Assembly (NCBI GenBank): GCA_020137815.1
Contig: CM035350.1
Span: forward strand, 6,076,001-6,140,000
Direction of reading: 5' to 3'
Length of the DNA stretch: 64,000 nt
From: Hormiphora californensis
Lineage: Eukaryota > Animalia > Ctenophora
The position numbers were made by a program, and so were the translations under genes. The notes below the pieces were generated by a model. It made no database searches. It saw only the letters and a program-made list of their open reading frames with translations, and was not told the origin of the DNA. Positions 25,301 to 36,774 of this stretch are shown piece by piece. Position 1 is the stretch's first letter. Each line of letters opens with the position of its first letter.

Positions 25301-26735
25301 TTGTTTCTCAAATAAATGAGCGGTTTTAAAATTAAAAGATCCAAAAGCTCATGAAAAAAGTAACAGTTCGGTTTTTGCATCATTATTCAGGAATCAGGAT
25401 CTATGGATCCTGAATAATGATGCACACATATATTGTATATGTGTTGAATGTTATGAGAGAAATTGCTGTACCACGTGTCGACATATCAAGACGCCAGACT
25501 CTGCACATTGCGCCAACTTGAACTGCTATCATTTCGGTGTGAATTGAGCTGTCAGAGCATTGACTGACCCTATGTACTAGAACTGTGGTCGCAGAGCATT
25601 GGCCCTCACAGGAATAGAGGATGTTTCTGAAATAGAAACAACACCAATGCAGGAGGAGGACAGTAAATAGGAGACCGATGCAGGCTCCATCATGGAGATA
25701 GAGAGATAGAGAGATAGCTAGAGGACGAGAGATAGACTTAGAGTAGAGGAAGAGAGGGGCGGCAGGTGTAGGCAGATTGGGAATTGCAAAGAGAAACGTA
25801 ATGAAGAAACTAGGAAGGGAGGAGAGAAATCGAGAGATGGTGCGAGAAATTATGGAGGTAAAGATAGGAGAAAATTATTGCCACTGGCGATGCCAGCTGG
25901 CCAAATGGACAAATGGAGGAGAAATTGATCCTTACAAGTTGAATTTCCACTAGAAATGAATCAGAATATCATATTCATATTGATTCCCGCTTGATTGTGC
26001 TCATATGACGGATGACGGATGATTCAACTCTCGGAAATTTGTCATAAAATATCGAGAGAATTGATGCAGAAAGCACGGTGTTGATGGGATAATAATCGCC
26101 GGGGAATTACTTTGCACAAATTTGGTGTTAATTAAACAGGAAATGCAGGGATGATTACCATTGATAATATGAGAGGTGGTGAGATCGAGAGTCGAGAGAG
26201 ACAAGTCAACGAATGTCGCTGGTTCAGAATTTGCAAATCAAACTCAATGCCATTGGAGAAAATGAACTTGTGACAGGCAGTTGATGGGAAGGAAGAGAAA
26301 CTTCTCAGAAAGCTATTGATCATAGGATAGAGCCTGTGCTGGTGTCAATCTTGACAAATTTTGACAAACACATTCTCAAGAAGAAACATAATATATATAA
26401 TAGAGTGAAGGATAAATCGGTATGTCTCTGGCTGTGATAGTGTTCCTGATTACCACACATAAATTATACCGTGATGTATCCAAAACACAATAAAATACAC
26501 CCATCTTGTATGCTGGGAGGTGTGTGAGGGAGGAGGAAACTAGCAACATGAATTAGAGTGGATCATTAAGCCCGTTCCGTATCAATCACACTCCGCTATC
26601 CTACTAACCACTACTATTCTACTAACTTTCAATTGAGTTACTGCGGCAATCGGGTGAGAGAAGGAATTATCGACATTGGAAGGTGTGATAGCCAATCAGA
26701 ACTAGTGAAGCAATGCAATAGTTACATTATAACTA

Positions 26736-26958
26736 TGTGTTTTTTCTCTCTATGAACTTGGATCAGTGACTGTCACGTGACTGAAAAGAATTGTGTGCCA
26801 TGTCTTGATCTTGGAGTTGGAGAGCGTTTGGTAATGGTTATAACTTAAAAACATTACCAAACGCTCTCCAACTCCAAGATCAAGACATGGCACACAATTC
26901 TTTTCAGTCACGTGACAGTCACTGATCCAAGTCCATAGAAACTAGAGAGAAACACACA
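26736..26958. repeat. Near-perfect hairpin with ~90-bp arms and 14-nt loop
   Basis: TCTATGAACTTGGATCAGTG...GAGCGTTTGGTAATG-gttataacttaaaa-CATTACCAAACGCTC...CACTGATCCAAGTCCATAGA. Confidence 0.9.
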
Positions 26959-28039
26959 CAAAAGTAGCTAATCCTGCAAAAGTAAACACTTGTAGTGGTT
27001 TCGGCAGAGTTCATGCTGCTCTATTTTCACTTCTAGTTCTACTTTCTAACTGTCTAACCTTCTACTCTCTAACTGTCTAACTCTAGATACGTTACGATAA
27101 TACGTATAATATCGAATAACTCAGCAGTTAGCCGGATACATCAAATATCTCGGACGTTTAGATCACAACCACCATCACCACGCTGAGAGTACACTAGCTC
27201 AACAACACTTTAAGAGCTGTTTATGTGGCGGTGACGAAAGAGATAATGACAGATAATTGCTGTTCCGATGGAGGAAGGGTAATTAGTGTAGAGTTGTTAC
27301 TGGTAGCCATGGATCAGAGAACGAGCGAGCAGAGATAGAGAAGGAGCTGAATATGGAGAGAAATAAAAAAGACGGACGAGTTAAAATTGAAAAATGACAG
27401 AGCAACTTACAAAAAATTTATTCGGGTACTTCGCGACAGACATACGGTATTTTAATTGGGTTGTCAGGCGTCAGCACGAGTGCTGCGCGGGTAAGTTAAC
27501 CCTAACACGTCTTTTGATACAAAGTACTCGAGTACTTGTGGTTAACATACCCGGGTTCTTTTTTTGTAAGTAACTGACTGACGGTGATGACTCATGTTGA
27601 CAAACAGGGACAAATAACAGTGATGATAGTTATCATGATTCATGAACAAGTCTGTGATCCTCTAGCCAGCTGCTTTTACTCAGTAAAAAAGGACGGCCCT
27701 TCTATCACTGCCAGAAAATGCCTGAAGTGTCCCTAGACGAAGGGCAGCCCTTTTCAGAAATCAGAACTTTAGGGACACATAATTTACATTCAGAAAGATA
27801 GAAAGAATACTTCGATACATAATATTTCTTCAATAACTCTGTGAAATCATTCCACGACAGATTATTATATATATCTTAAGATGAAGAATCTAGCTTTGCT
27901 GTCTTTCTCCCTCGAGTCTCGACCCAGTCTACTACAACACTACACACAAGGTCACCGAAAAAATTAAAACAGTCTAATAACTATTTTCTCTCTATCCTCC
28001 AACTTGGAGGCTCCGTGATTTTCCTCCGATAATATACAT

Positions 28040-31000
28040 CTACATCGGGGGAGGGACTGCATATTCTTGTCCGGCAGGGGGCTGGTACCCCCAGACTTGG
28101 GGAGGAGGCTCGTACAGGCCAATAGGAATGTGGAGCTCCACATCGGGGCACCACGGTATCGCACACTCGATCTCAATACGGTACCTGGGAGGGGGTGGTA
28201 TTTTACATAAAAACACAACCTTACTAGGTATTGTTCACTTTACTACTCATCGTTCAACTTGTTCCAGATCACTTACTCGCATGTGATGTGTTTAGCATAG
28301 GTGACAGGAAGAAAATCTCCAACCAAGGGTAATTGTTGATCTTGCGATACCGTCTCGCCCTCTTTACAGCCCTATGTTGGGATATTGGGGTTGGGATTAG
28401 GGGTTCATTTTGGGATTAGGGGTTCATTTTGGTAAGATAGTTGTCAGCAAACGAACATGAAAATGTATCTCAGTCAGATCTAGTTTTCTACATGTGGATT
28501 CTTACACTATATTGCATTTGTCTCATTTCGTGTTTCCACCTCTTCTGGTGCCCGTCAGCTCGAAGTGTCATGATCCTGTACAACTTGGCCTTCATCTTCT
28601 CAATCTATGGAGAAACTGGGTTGAAACGCCATATATGGGTAGCACGTGACACACAACACCATATATGGGCAACAATTTGGCTTTCATTTTCTCAATCCAG
28701 GGAGAATCTGGCCGATAAAATATGCTCAACCCATTCTTTATGAGAACAATAGGGATCTGCTGCAGCGCCCCAGTATTTTACTCAACACACAGTATTGTTA
28801 CACGTGTCACATTATGTCTCAAGATGAATATACAGCATGAGTGGGCCGGGAGGGGGGGGGGGGGGTGTGTATACTGCAGAGTGGGCCGGGGGATGTGACA
28901 ATGTGCAGTGAGTGACATACACTGTATACTGCAGGGGGGGGGGTGTAATGCAGGGTGAGTGGGCCGGGGGGATGTGACATACACTGTTATGGGCAGTGGG
29001 TGCAATGTATGCAATGTGACCCTGCTTCTAGAGTATGGTAATTTTATGACCTCATTATTCATTTAATTAATTACTAAATTACCTCAACAGAACTCTCGTT
29101 GTTAACATCCACCTTCAGGTTGGCAACCTCACCGCAATAGTAGGCACCCTTATCAGCTGTCACAGTCAACTCGACCTCACCCCGGGGGATGCAGCAGCAC
29201 AATCTCACCTGCAACAAACAGGGGGTGTTACAGGGCGGGCAGGGGTGTATCATGGGGGCGGGGCTAGGGAGTCGTGCACGATGACAGCGTTTTGTTCTGA
29301 TTATGACATGGGTTTTCACAACTAAAAGTAATGTACATTCACTTTGATTTGTTCATACTTTTTATTCTAAAATGTGCGGAGCACGGACACAGTGTCAAGT
29401 GACTCAACGTTCACTCAAGTATGCATATGACTGCTAAAGGGGGGAGGTTATTACCGTTTGTCTTGTTGTCATGGTACCGGGAGGGAAAGTATTGAGGGCT
29501 GCATGCATAACTTTCACTTCAGCCTTCCCCTTTAAATCCTTAGCAAAGAACCCATCTACATCGAGAGTACCCTTGAAGGAGTATTCCACCTTGGCTTTAA
29601 TCTTGTTGTTCTCTCCCTGGCTCCAATGGGAGTCCTTGAACTTGAAGGAGGCGGGCAGCTGGGGAGAGAGGTATTATAAACAGGGTTTCTGATGTTTAAT
29701 GAGGGTTCAACTTACATCCATGGGCAGCTGGAAGGAGAATGGGTAGATCCATTGACCGGGGGGTACCTGAAAATATAAACAGAGTCTCTCATGCGGCTTC
29801 TTGAATTGTATCTGCGCGCGAAGATTTCCAATGGGAGGCACTCGCGCGTTCCGTCGAGTCGTCTCCTTGGAAACGGATTCTCGCTGCTAACAACCAGAAA
29901 ACCAAAAGACCCACTTTTCTAACTTATTTTGGTAACGTGAATAGTGATCTAAGGAGGAACAAAGGAAAAGTTGCCGATGATGAAAATATACGACGTTTTT
30001 TTTCTAGAAGGCCCTTATTAATTTTCATAGGATCTCGGCACCCCGTCGGCATCGAATCTATAATTCACAATTAATAATGTTGTACATATCGTCTATTGAT
30101 GATCGAAAATACCGATTGCAGCATGTTTCAGCATACCGATTGCACCAGTATTTAAAGTATCCTTCATTCTGCATGCTTGTTAAGGACATATTGAATAGCA
30201 TATTCTGAGACTAACAGTCTAACATAATAATCGAGTGAAAAGTTGAATTTGCGGTTTCAGAAGACTTTGAAACTTTAGCCTTGTTTCAGGGAAGTTTCCC
30301 TGGAATTTTGCAACATGATACCCAACAGATTGAGAAGGTCATCGTGTAAATTAACTGGTAAAGTTTTCTACATTCCTATCAAATTTCACAGTATCCCTCG
30401 TGCTGCAAGTAACCAGGTGTTCTAAAGATATGATGGAGTTAAACTGGAATTAAACTGGAATTAAATGATGTACACCCCTGTTACACCCCTGTTACACCCC
30501 TGACCCCTGTTCAGGCTCACATGAGAGATCACATTCCAACTAATGAGTTGCTGTATACTGCAGCAAGACACACACTTGGATTATATTCACTATGTACACG
30601 TCTACTACATTCTAGATTACCTACTAGTATAAAGAACTAGTGAGTTGAACTATGGACAGCTTTCCTTTCTACTTATATATGGAGTACTGGAGATATTTGA
30701 AGAGTAAAATTAACAGGCAGGGGACGGCAGCTGCTTTACTGTTCTAATGTTACAGTTCTACTGTTCTGCTGGTATACAGTTCTACTGTTATACAGTTCTG
30801 TTGTACAACACTGTTACCATAGCAACTAAAAACCCCCACCCCAACTCTCTCCCCCCCCCCATTTACCATAGTGTTTCCCTAGCAACACACACACTCCCCC
30901 CTTTACCATAGTGTTTCCCTGGCTAAGTGGCATCTTTACTCTGAAGAACTCCTTCTTTGCATCAAAATCCACCTCATAGCTCTCTGTGTGTGTCTGGCCC

Positions 31001-32109
31001 TCATCGTCGGTATGTGACCTGAAATGGGGGAATGAGTAGCAGGGTGGAATATTGGGTCCTCTCTCTTTCTGGGAAGGGGTCCCCCAAAAGGAGAGAAGAG
31101 AGGGGATCTAATACCCATGTTGGATTATCATTTACAGGAAAACTGAAGGCTCTGGTCTATGACGTCAATGGTACTTACTAACTAGTGAGTTTAGTATTCC
31201 AAAGATTTTGAAATAAGAAATGAAATTGATAGTGTTGTAAGGAGCTTGTTGTCCCATTATAGAAGAGGAAATGGAGAAACGAGCAGGGAGGATGGAGACA
31301 GACAAGATATGATGATGACTTGATCACTATTCAGGATCGGTGGGGGGGGGGTCTGTGTAGTAGTTTGGAAAGACTGAATATAATATTCAATATATTGGAC
31401 AGGGAATAATAACAATGGCATATTATATTATGCAGTATCCTAGTTTTAGCATGGATACACAAGAACATATTTGGGGGGTGCAAAAAAACAAGAATATATC
31501 TTACAGTTACATTCTATATATCTTACAGTTATCTATCTTACAGTTACATTCTATGCTATAGTTACATTCTACATACCCTTACCTTGTTCTACCGAACCCT
31601 CCCAGAGCACGAAATAAAATGACGGTGTGAGCCACACAACCCCACCCCACCCCCATGACAGTAGACACACCTTTTCTAAATGGGTCAATGAAATGTACCC
31701 GGTGTATACTGTCCTAATACAAACATACACAGACGTAATGTACGCAGTGTAGGCTGTCTCCAGAAACTCCTATGTGCCACTAAAAATTGTACAACCTGAT
31801 TGAGTCAGTGAGTCTCATTCCAGGTACTACTGTAGCACAACACCATTAAATTAGGCACTAGGCAGACTATTATTTCCAAGTCTAACAGATTACACACTGC
31901 AAGATATATTATCATCGTCAGCTCACCTTGTTCTCGTTTCCTGCCAGAATACTTTCTCCTTTCCCTTACACTGCACTACCACCGCTTTACACTCAATGGG
32001 CTCGTACGCATCGACAAACACATTTCCGGTAACTGTCTGTTGGGAGAGTTGTTAATGTCTGAGAGTCAGTTCAGAGAGGGAGGTAGAGAGAGAGATGGGG
32101 GATGTGGAG

Positions 32110-32155
<46 letters not shown>

Positions 32156-32848
32156 GAAAAAGAGGAAAAAGGGAAAAAGAGAGAAAAGCTTTAAAGGGAA
32201 AAGGGAACGGAGAGAGAGAGGAAGAGGGAAAAAAGGGGCGAGGGCTGGGGGGGTTTGTTGGGAAAGGGGCTTGGGTTTTGGGGGAACGGGGGTTTTTAAA
32301 AATGAGAGGGATTCCCCCGGGGGGCCCTGTTAATGGAAACCCCGGGGGGGCCCGGGGCCCCGTGGGGTAATTTGGGGGGGGGCCGAAAAGGGGGGGGGAA
32401 AAAAAAAAGGGGGGGTTTTCCCGGGGCCCTTGTTTTAAACCCCCGGGGAAAAGGGGGAAACCAAGGTTTTGGGGGGGCCAAAGGGGGGGGGGGTTTTTTG
32501 GGGGAAGGTTTTTAAAATTTTGGGGGGAAAAAAATTTTTTTTCCACGGGAAAATGTTTTTTGGGGGGGGGGTTTTTTTTTTTTAAAAAATTTTGGGGGTT
32601 TTTTTTTAAAAAAATTTTGGGAACCAAAAAAAATTTTTTTTTTAAAAAATTTTGGGGGGTTTTTTTTCCCCCCCAATATTTTTTTTATTTTTCTTTTTTT
32701 AAAAAAAAAATTTTTGTCATTAAACGACTAAAAACGGAAACTATAAATACCATCATTATCTTACCTCGCCAGGGAAATACAGTGCTCGTTCCACATTAAC
32801 GTGTATCTTTCCCTTGTTAGCAAGACCAAAGTTCTTACCAAACCCCAT
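28040..32848 (-). CDS. Alpha-arrestin / arrestin-domain protein (341 aa, 9 exons)
   Basis: Phase-consistent exons 32765-32848, 31927-32036, 30907-31018, 29716-29766, 29455-29658, 29083-29208, 28506-28604, 28277-28371 and 28040-28184. Motifs YFPGETVTGNV, KGKEKVFW, PGQWIYPFSFQLPMDLPASF, KVEY, DKGAYYCGE..VDVNNES, ITCEYRIEI. Confidence 0.93.
28838..29000. repeat. Intronic G-rich minisatellite
   Basis: GAGTGGGCCGGG and GTGACATACACTG recur several times. Confidence 0.7.
30813..30886. promoter_or_regulatory. Two X-box-like motifs in arrestin intron 3 (GTTACCATAGCAAC 30813-30826; GTTTCCCTAGCAAC 30873-30886)
   Basis: Consensus and near-consensus RFX sites; a third variant GTCTCCTTGGAAAC lies at 29861-29874 in the same intron. 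Confidence 0.5.
32150..32720. other. Low-quality homopolymer-run sequence within arrestin intron 1
   Basis: Begins directly after a (GA)n tract; normal sequence resumes at ~32720. Confidence 0.9.
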
Positions 32849-33336
32849 TGCTAAAAAACAATTGAATATAATTATTGGAGAATTCTCAAGAACAGTCAGA
32901 TGCAAGCCAAGCAGTGCCAATAAATATGTCACTTAGGAACAACGACTAGGAAGTTTGGGATTCTGTATGATGAACTGAATTTGTGACAGCATCCATGATC
33001 CAAACACCCCTTGGCCTTTGTCAGGCCCAGGCGAGTTGAGACACGACGTTACGAAACGGAAAATGTGTAAAAAGTAGAAATTCCAGTCTGGAAGCCCTAA
33101 TTTCAAAAGGGCGGGAGAAGAGAGCGACAAAGATTTATCTTCTGTTTTTTTAAACGGCTTCGGGGAAGTTTTGGCGACGGGAACGGGAACCTCGGCACAA
33201 TGCGGCGGGGCGGACATAGGAAACAAAAATCGTGTATGTTCTTGGTTTATCCGCATAAATGTGTGAAAAAGTAGATTTTTTGGTCTATCTGATACATTAA
33301 ACAGGGTGTGATCTGCATGCCGTGATTTCTAGTCGC

Positions 33337-33930
33337 GAGCGCGCTCACCAGACTAGAAAACACGCCAAGGATGATGAACAAGCATGCTGCTCAGTCATTT
33401 TAGATTTAGGACACAATATCAGGATACCATACAATAGCTGAGACTCTTACCGTCACCCTCGTTAAAGTCCCGGGAAAAACGGAGCAGTACAAGCAAATTG
33501 ATCCTCATTCTCCACGCGTGGCCCCAATTCAGCAGTTGGAGACACCGTATCTCAGGAACTAGTTAAGATAGGAAAAATCACCGCCAAACGAGGCACGTAG
33601 TTTTTAATCTAGTTTACCACTGTACCAGCCGTTTAACTCTCCGACCTAACAAAAATCTGATCCTCAACAACCTTCAAAATAATGGGATTCGCATCTCGAA
33701 TGCCGTGATATGGTTATTGACACGCTCGCATTCAACTCTTCTCACACAGCAGCTGCAGAACACGCCGGGACAGATCGAGGAGTCGAATCAAATGTTTCTT
33801 GATCTACTCCATCTCTCAGCTACCCTACCCCTCATCTACTCCATCTCTCAGTTACTCTACCCCTCATCTACTCCATCTCTCAGCTACCCTACCCCTCATA
33901 TACTCCATCTCTCAGCTACCCTATCCCCTT
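33337..33930 (+). repeat. ~600-bp interspersed repeat ending in a 32-bp minisatellite (copy 1)
   Basis: Homologous in inverted orientation to 36775-37330 plus 38674-38765; unit ATCTACTCCATCTCTCAGCTACCCTACCCCTC with period 32. Confidence 0.85.
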
Positions 33931-34869
33931 GCTGTGACAAAGGACTGCGGGGAGAATGTACCCCCTCGTGAAGGTCACGTGTTATTATATCATGGTTAGG
34001 AGCTCTTGGCAACCGCTATCATCAAACCAATCAGCTAGGATACTAAACTGAAAACTGAACTGCAGTGTTATTATGACTCATTGCTCGACCTTTTTCATTT
34101 TTGATTGATGGAACTTCGTGTATCCGGGGGAGGGGGGTTAATAGACAAGGGAGAGTAGTCTGTTACGTGGGCTGATCTCCCGATGCCTACCAGATAGCAG
34201 CCGTGATCTCTTGCTCGGGTAATGGACAGTTATAAAAAGAACACTAAGTGCGCCTCAAGCATTCTTTTCTAACTGCCCATTACCCGAGCAAGAGAGAGAG
34301 AGAGAGAGAGAAAGATGGAGAGAATCGGTGACTGAGAGAGAGAGAGCAAAACAATCCTTCGTAGCGTTATAACTGCCCATTACCCGAGCCAATATAAAGT
34401 TATCACAATATAGTAAGTTCAATAGTTGGATTGCCAGTTTTTGTTGCGATTGCATTCAGTCTCTTCTGTTTCACGCGATGGGGATGATAAGATTCCTAGT
34501 CTTCGCCGCTTCATTGTGGGGGACAGCTGTTCTCACAGGTTAGTTGGTTAGTTTCATGATACGAAGATATTATGGGAGACGGACGCTAGGTCTAACGCCT
34601 AAGTCTCATAATACCTAGAGTCCGCTTTTTGATCAAAATACAGAGAGGACTCATGTGTACCAAGTCTAAAACAGAGGAACTCTATGTCAACTAAGTCTAA
34701 AACAACGGGACGCTAAGCCTAAGTCTAAATAAATAAATGCAGTTTAAAGTGAGAGGTGCACGAAAACGAAATTTGGAATAATGTCTAAACCAATTGTTTG
34801 TTACATTCCTTGGTGTCCAAGTTTGGTGAAAACTGAAAAGATGACGTTGTTGTTGTTGTTGTTTTGAGG

Positions 34870-35184
34870 TTAAATAGGGCACCTCTCGCCAGCCCCACCG
34901 CTCCTGGTCTGAGGGTGTCGGTTGACACTCCTTGCATCCTCCACTGAAATTGTCCGGCCAGAGGCCGTGACAGAGTTTTGGAGCTTAGAAAATCCCAGAT
35001 CAGAAGCAGTCCCTTTGGTTGAGGAGAATTCGTTGAGCTCCCAGTCCAGACCAGGAGAAGCGGACGACTCCCAGTCAAGACTGGGAGCCGTAAGCCGCTG
35101 CGCCACGTCAAGGCTTCTCCTCATGCGAGCGGGACGTTGTTGTTGTTGTTGTTGTGGTGCTGCGATTCGGGCTATGCAGAGCAT
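34870..35184 (-). CDS. Candidate 104-aa small protein (poly-Q, RMRR site, repeated LDWE)
   Basis: GC-richer ORF in AT-rich context, with a possible upstream acceptor TCATACAG at ~35238. No recognised homology. Confidence 0.3.
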   Translation of the reverse strand: MLCIARIAAPQQQQQQRPARMRRSLDVAQRLTAPSLDWESSASPGLDWELNEFSSTKGTASDLGFSKLQNSVTASGRTISVEDARSVNRHPQTRSGGAGERCPI

Positions 35185-35720
35185 ATCGCCTCAAACGCTC
35201 CAAGCCCGGCCTAACCAAGTAAAACTTGGGAATTCCCTGTATGAATCTGGAACTAGGTAACGTTTTGCCTTTGAGACTTGAGAGCTTCCTGAGTTTGATT
35301 TGATCAAGAACAAGGTAACGGTATCTCTATGTTGTTTTTGAAATTCATTCATAACTAGGAACGTGCATGCACGTGCAAGCTTCACCAACTTGTTTCTTTT
35401 GATCCAAGGAACACTTTATGCCACAAGTAGTGTGATTGTAGATTTTAGACCTGGAGTCCGTTACATTATTTCACCCCGATGAACCTTGGTGATGAAATCC
35501 CCTAATATGTATGTAATAATACATTCAGCCTGCTTCACGGGCTTCGTTTAGCCGCACTGTGTGCGGCTAGCCGCTAGTGTAGGGGTGACTGCGTCAACAA
35601 CAATAAACCGGGCACCCCGATTTACCGGGCAAAACCCTTTCCCCCGAACATCCCGGTAAATCGGGGTCCGAGTTTATAGTATTTAGTGGAAGATGGTCAA
35701 ATTTCATAATTTCTTTTCAG

Positions 35721-36523
35721 ACTGGACAGCTGTAGAGCAGGGAGAGAAGATACCCTGGGACCTGGAGGAAACACCTCTCCAAATCTGGACGAATTCTACA
35801 CTGGGCAGTGATGAGGAGATCTGGGTAGATATCTACGATGATACCCTCATCGGTTATGTGGGTTTGAAGATTTCCTCCCCAATGAAGTATAATATACACT
35901 ACTGCACCGAAAGCTACCCAGATCTACCAGTACAACCCCCGGTGGGGGTGGAGAATATCTGGACGATAGCTAAAACAGGGACCGCACTCATCATCACATT
36001 TAATAACGTTGAGGTGGTGAACTTCCTGTTTGCAGATAGTCACAACAACAACTGCAATCCAAGGTGGCGTGGTGATGTTGTGGACAAGATCACGTTTCGA
36101 AACAACAGAAACACAGCATCTGACTTCTACAGAGCAGGTAAGGGTGAAAGTGTGCCACTACAAAAGTATGCCACTGATTGTAATGGGAGTGGTATGAGAT
36201 GAGTTTGGCTTGTTTGTTAATATTCCAGTGCATAATAGATATCATCCAAGCTTGGAAACATGGTTCAACCAGCTTGAGGTACACATTGTAACGGCCTATA
36301 TAATCTTTCCATAACACATCCCTAAACTCTATACATTCAGGATCGGATGAGTGTCCTTCTTTTACTGTTGAGGGATCAACACAAGGAAGCTGGACAACCA
36401 CGCCAACAGGAACAACAGTCACTATCGAATGTGCCGCCGACCATATTCTAGTTGGAAGTGAAACACTACTTTGTCAGGCGGGTGGATCGTGGTCAAGTGA
36501 TGCACCAAAGTGTGATAAAACTG
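35721..36523 (+). CDS. Two internal phase-1/phase-1 exons: uncharacterised 139-aa extracellular module plus Sushi/CCP domain
   Basis: Exon 35721-36137 (WTAVEQGEKIPWDLEETPLQIWTNS...ASDFYRA) and exon 36341-36523 (ECP..TVTIECAADHILVGSETLLCQAGGSWSSDAPKC), with canonical AG/GT boundaries. Confidence 0.85.
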
Positions 36524-36774
36524 GTAACACCAATTATGAATACTGATCCATGAAAATATAATCTATGCAACCAACGGAGATTTCAAATTTTTTTCTGGAG
36601 TATCTCATACATTAGGTGGCCATAACCAATAAAAGTATAGATCATTGTGCTGGCAAGCGCAAAGGCGGACTAAAAGTAAAGCTGACAACTAAGATATCAT
36701 ATGAGAATAAAAACAGGTTTTATTTCGAGACCAGGGTAATGGACACCACCGTTCACCCTGCACCACTGAGAGTC

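Noticed and set aside
31580-31715. Possible duplicate/alternative arrestin exon 2 ending AGAACAAG|GTAAG
   Set aside because: No clean phase-compatible frame resembling exon 2; the gene is complete without it.
33802-33930. 32-bp repeats as a CRISPR array
   Set aside because: Head-to-tail with no unique spacers, eukaryotic context, no cas genes.
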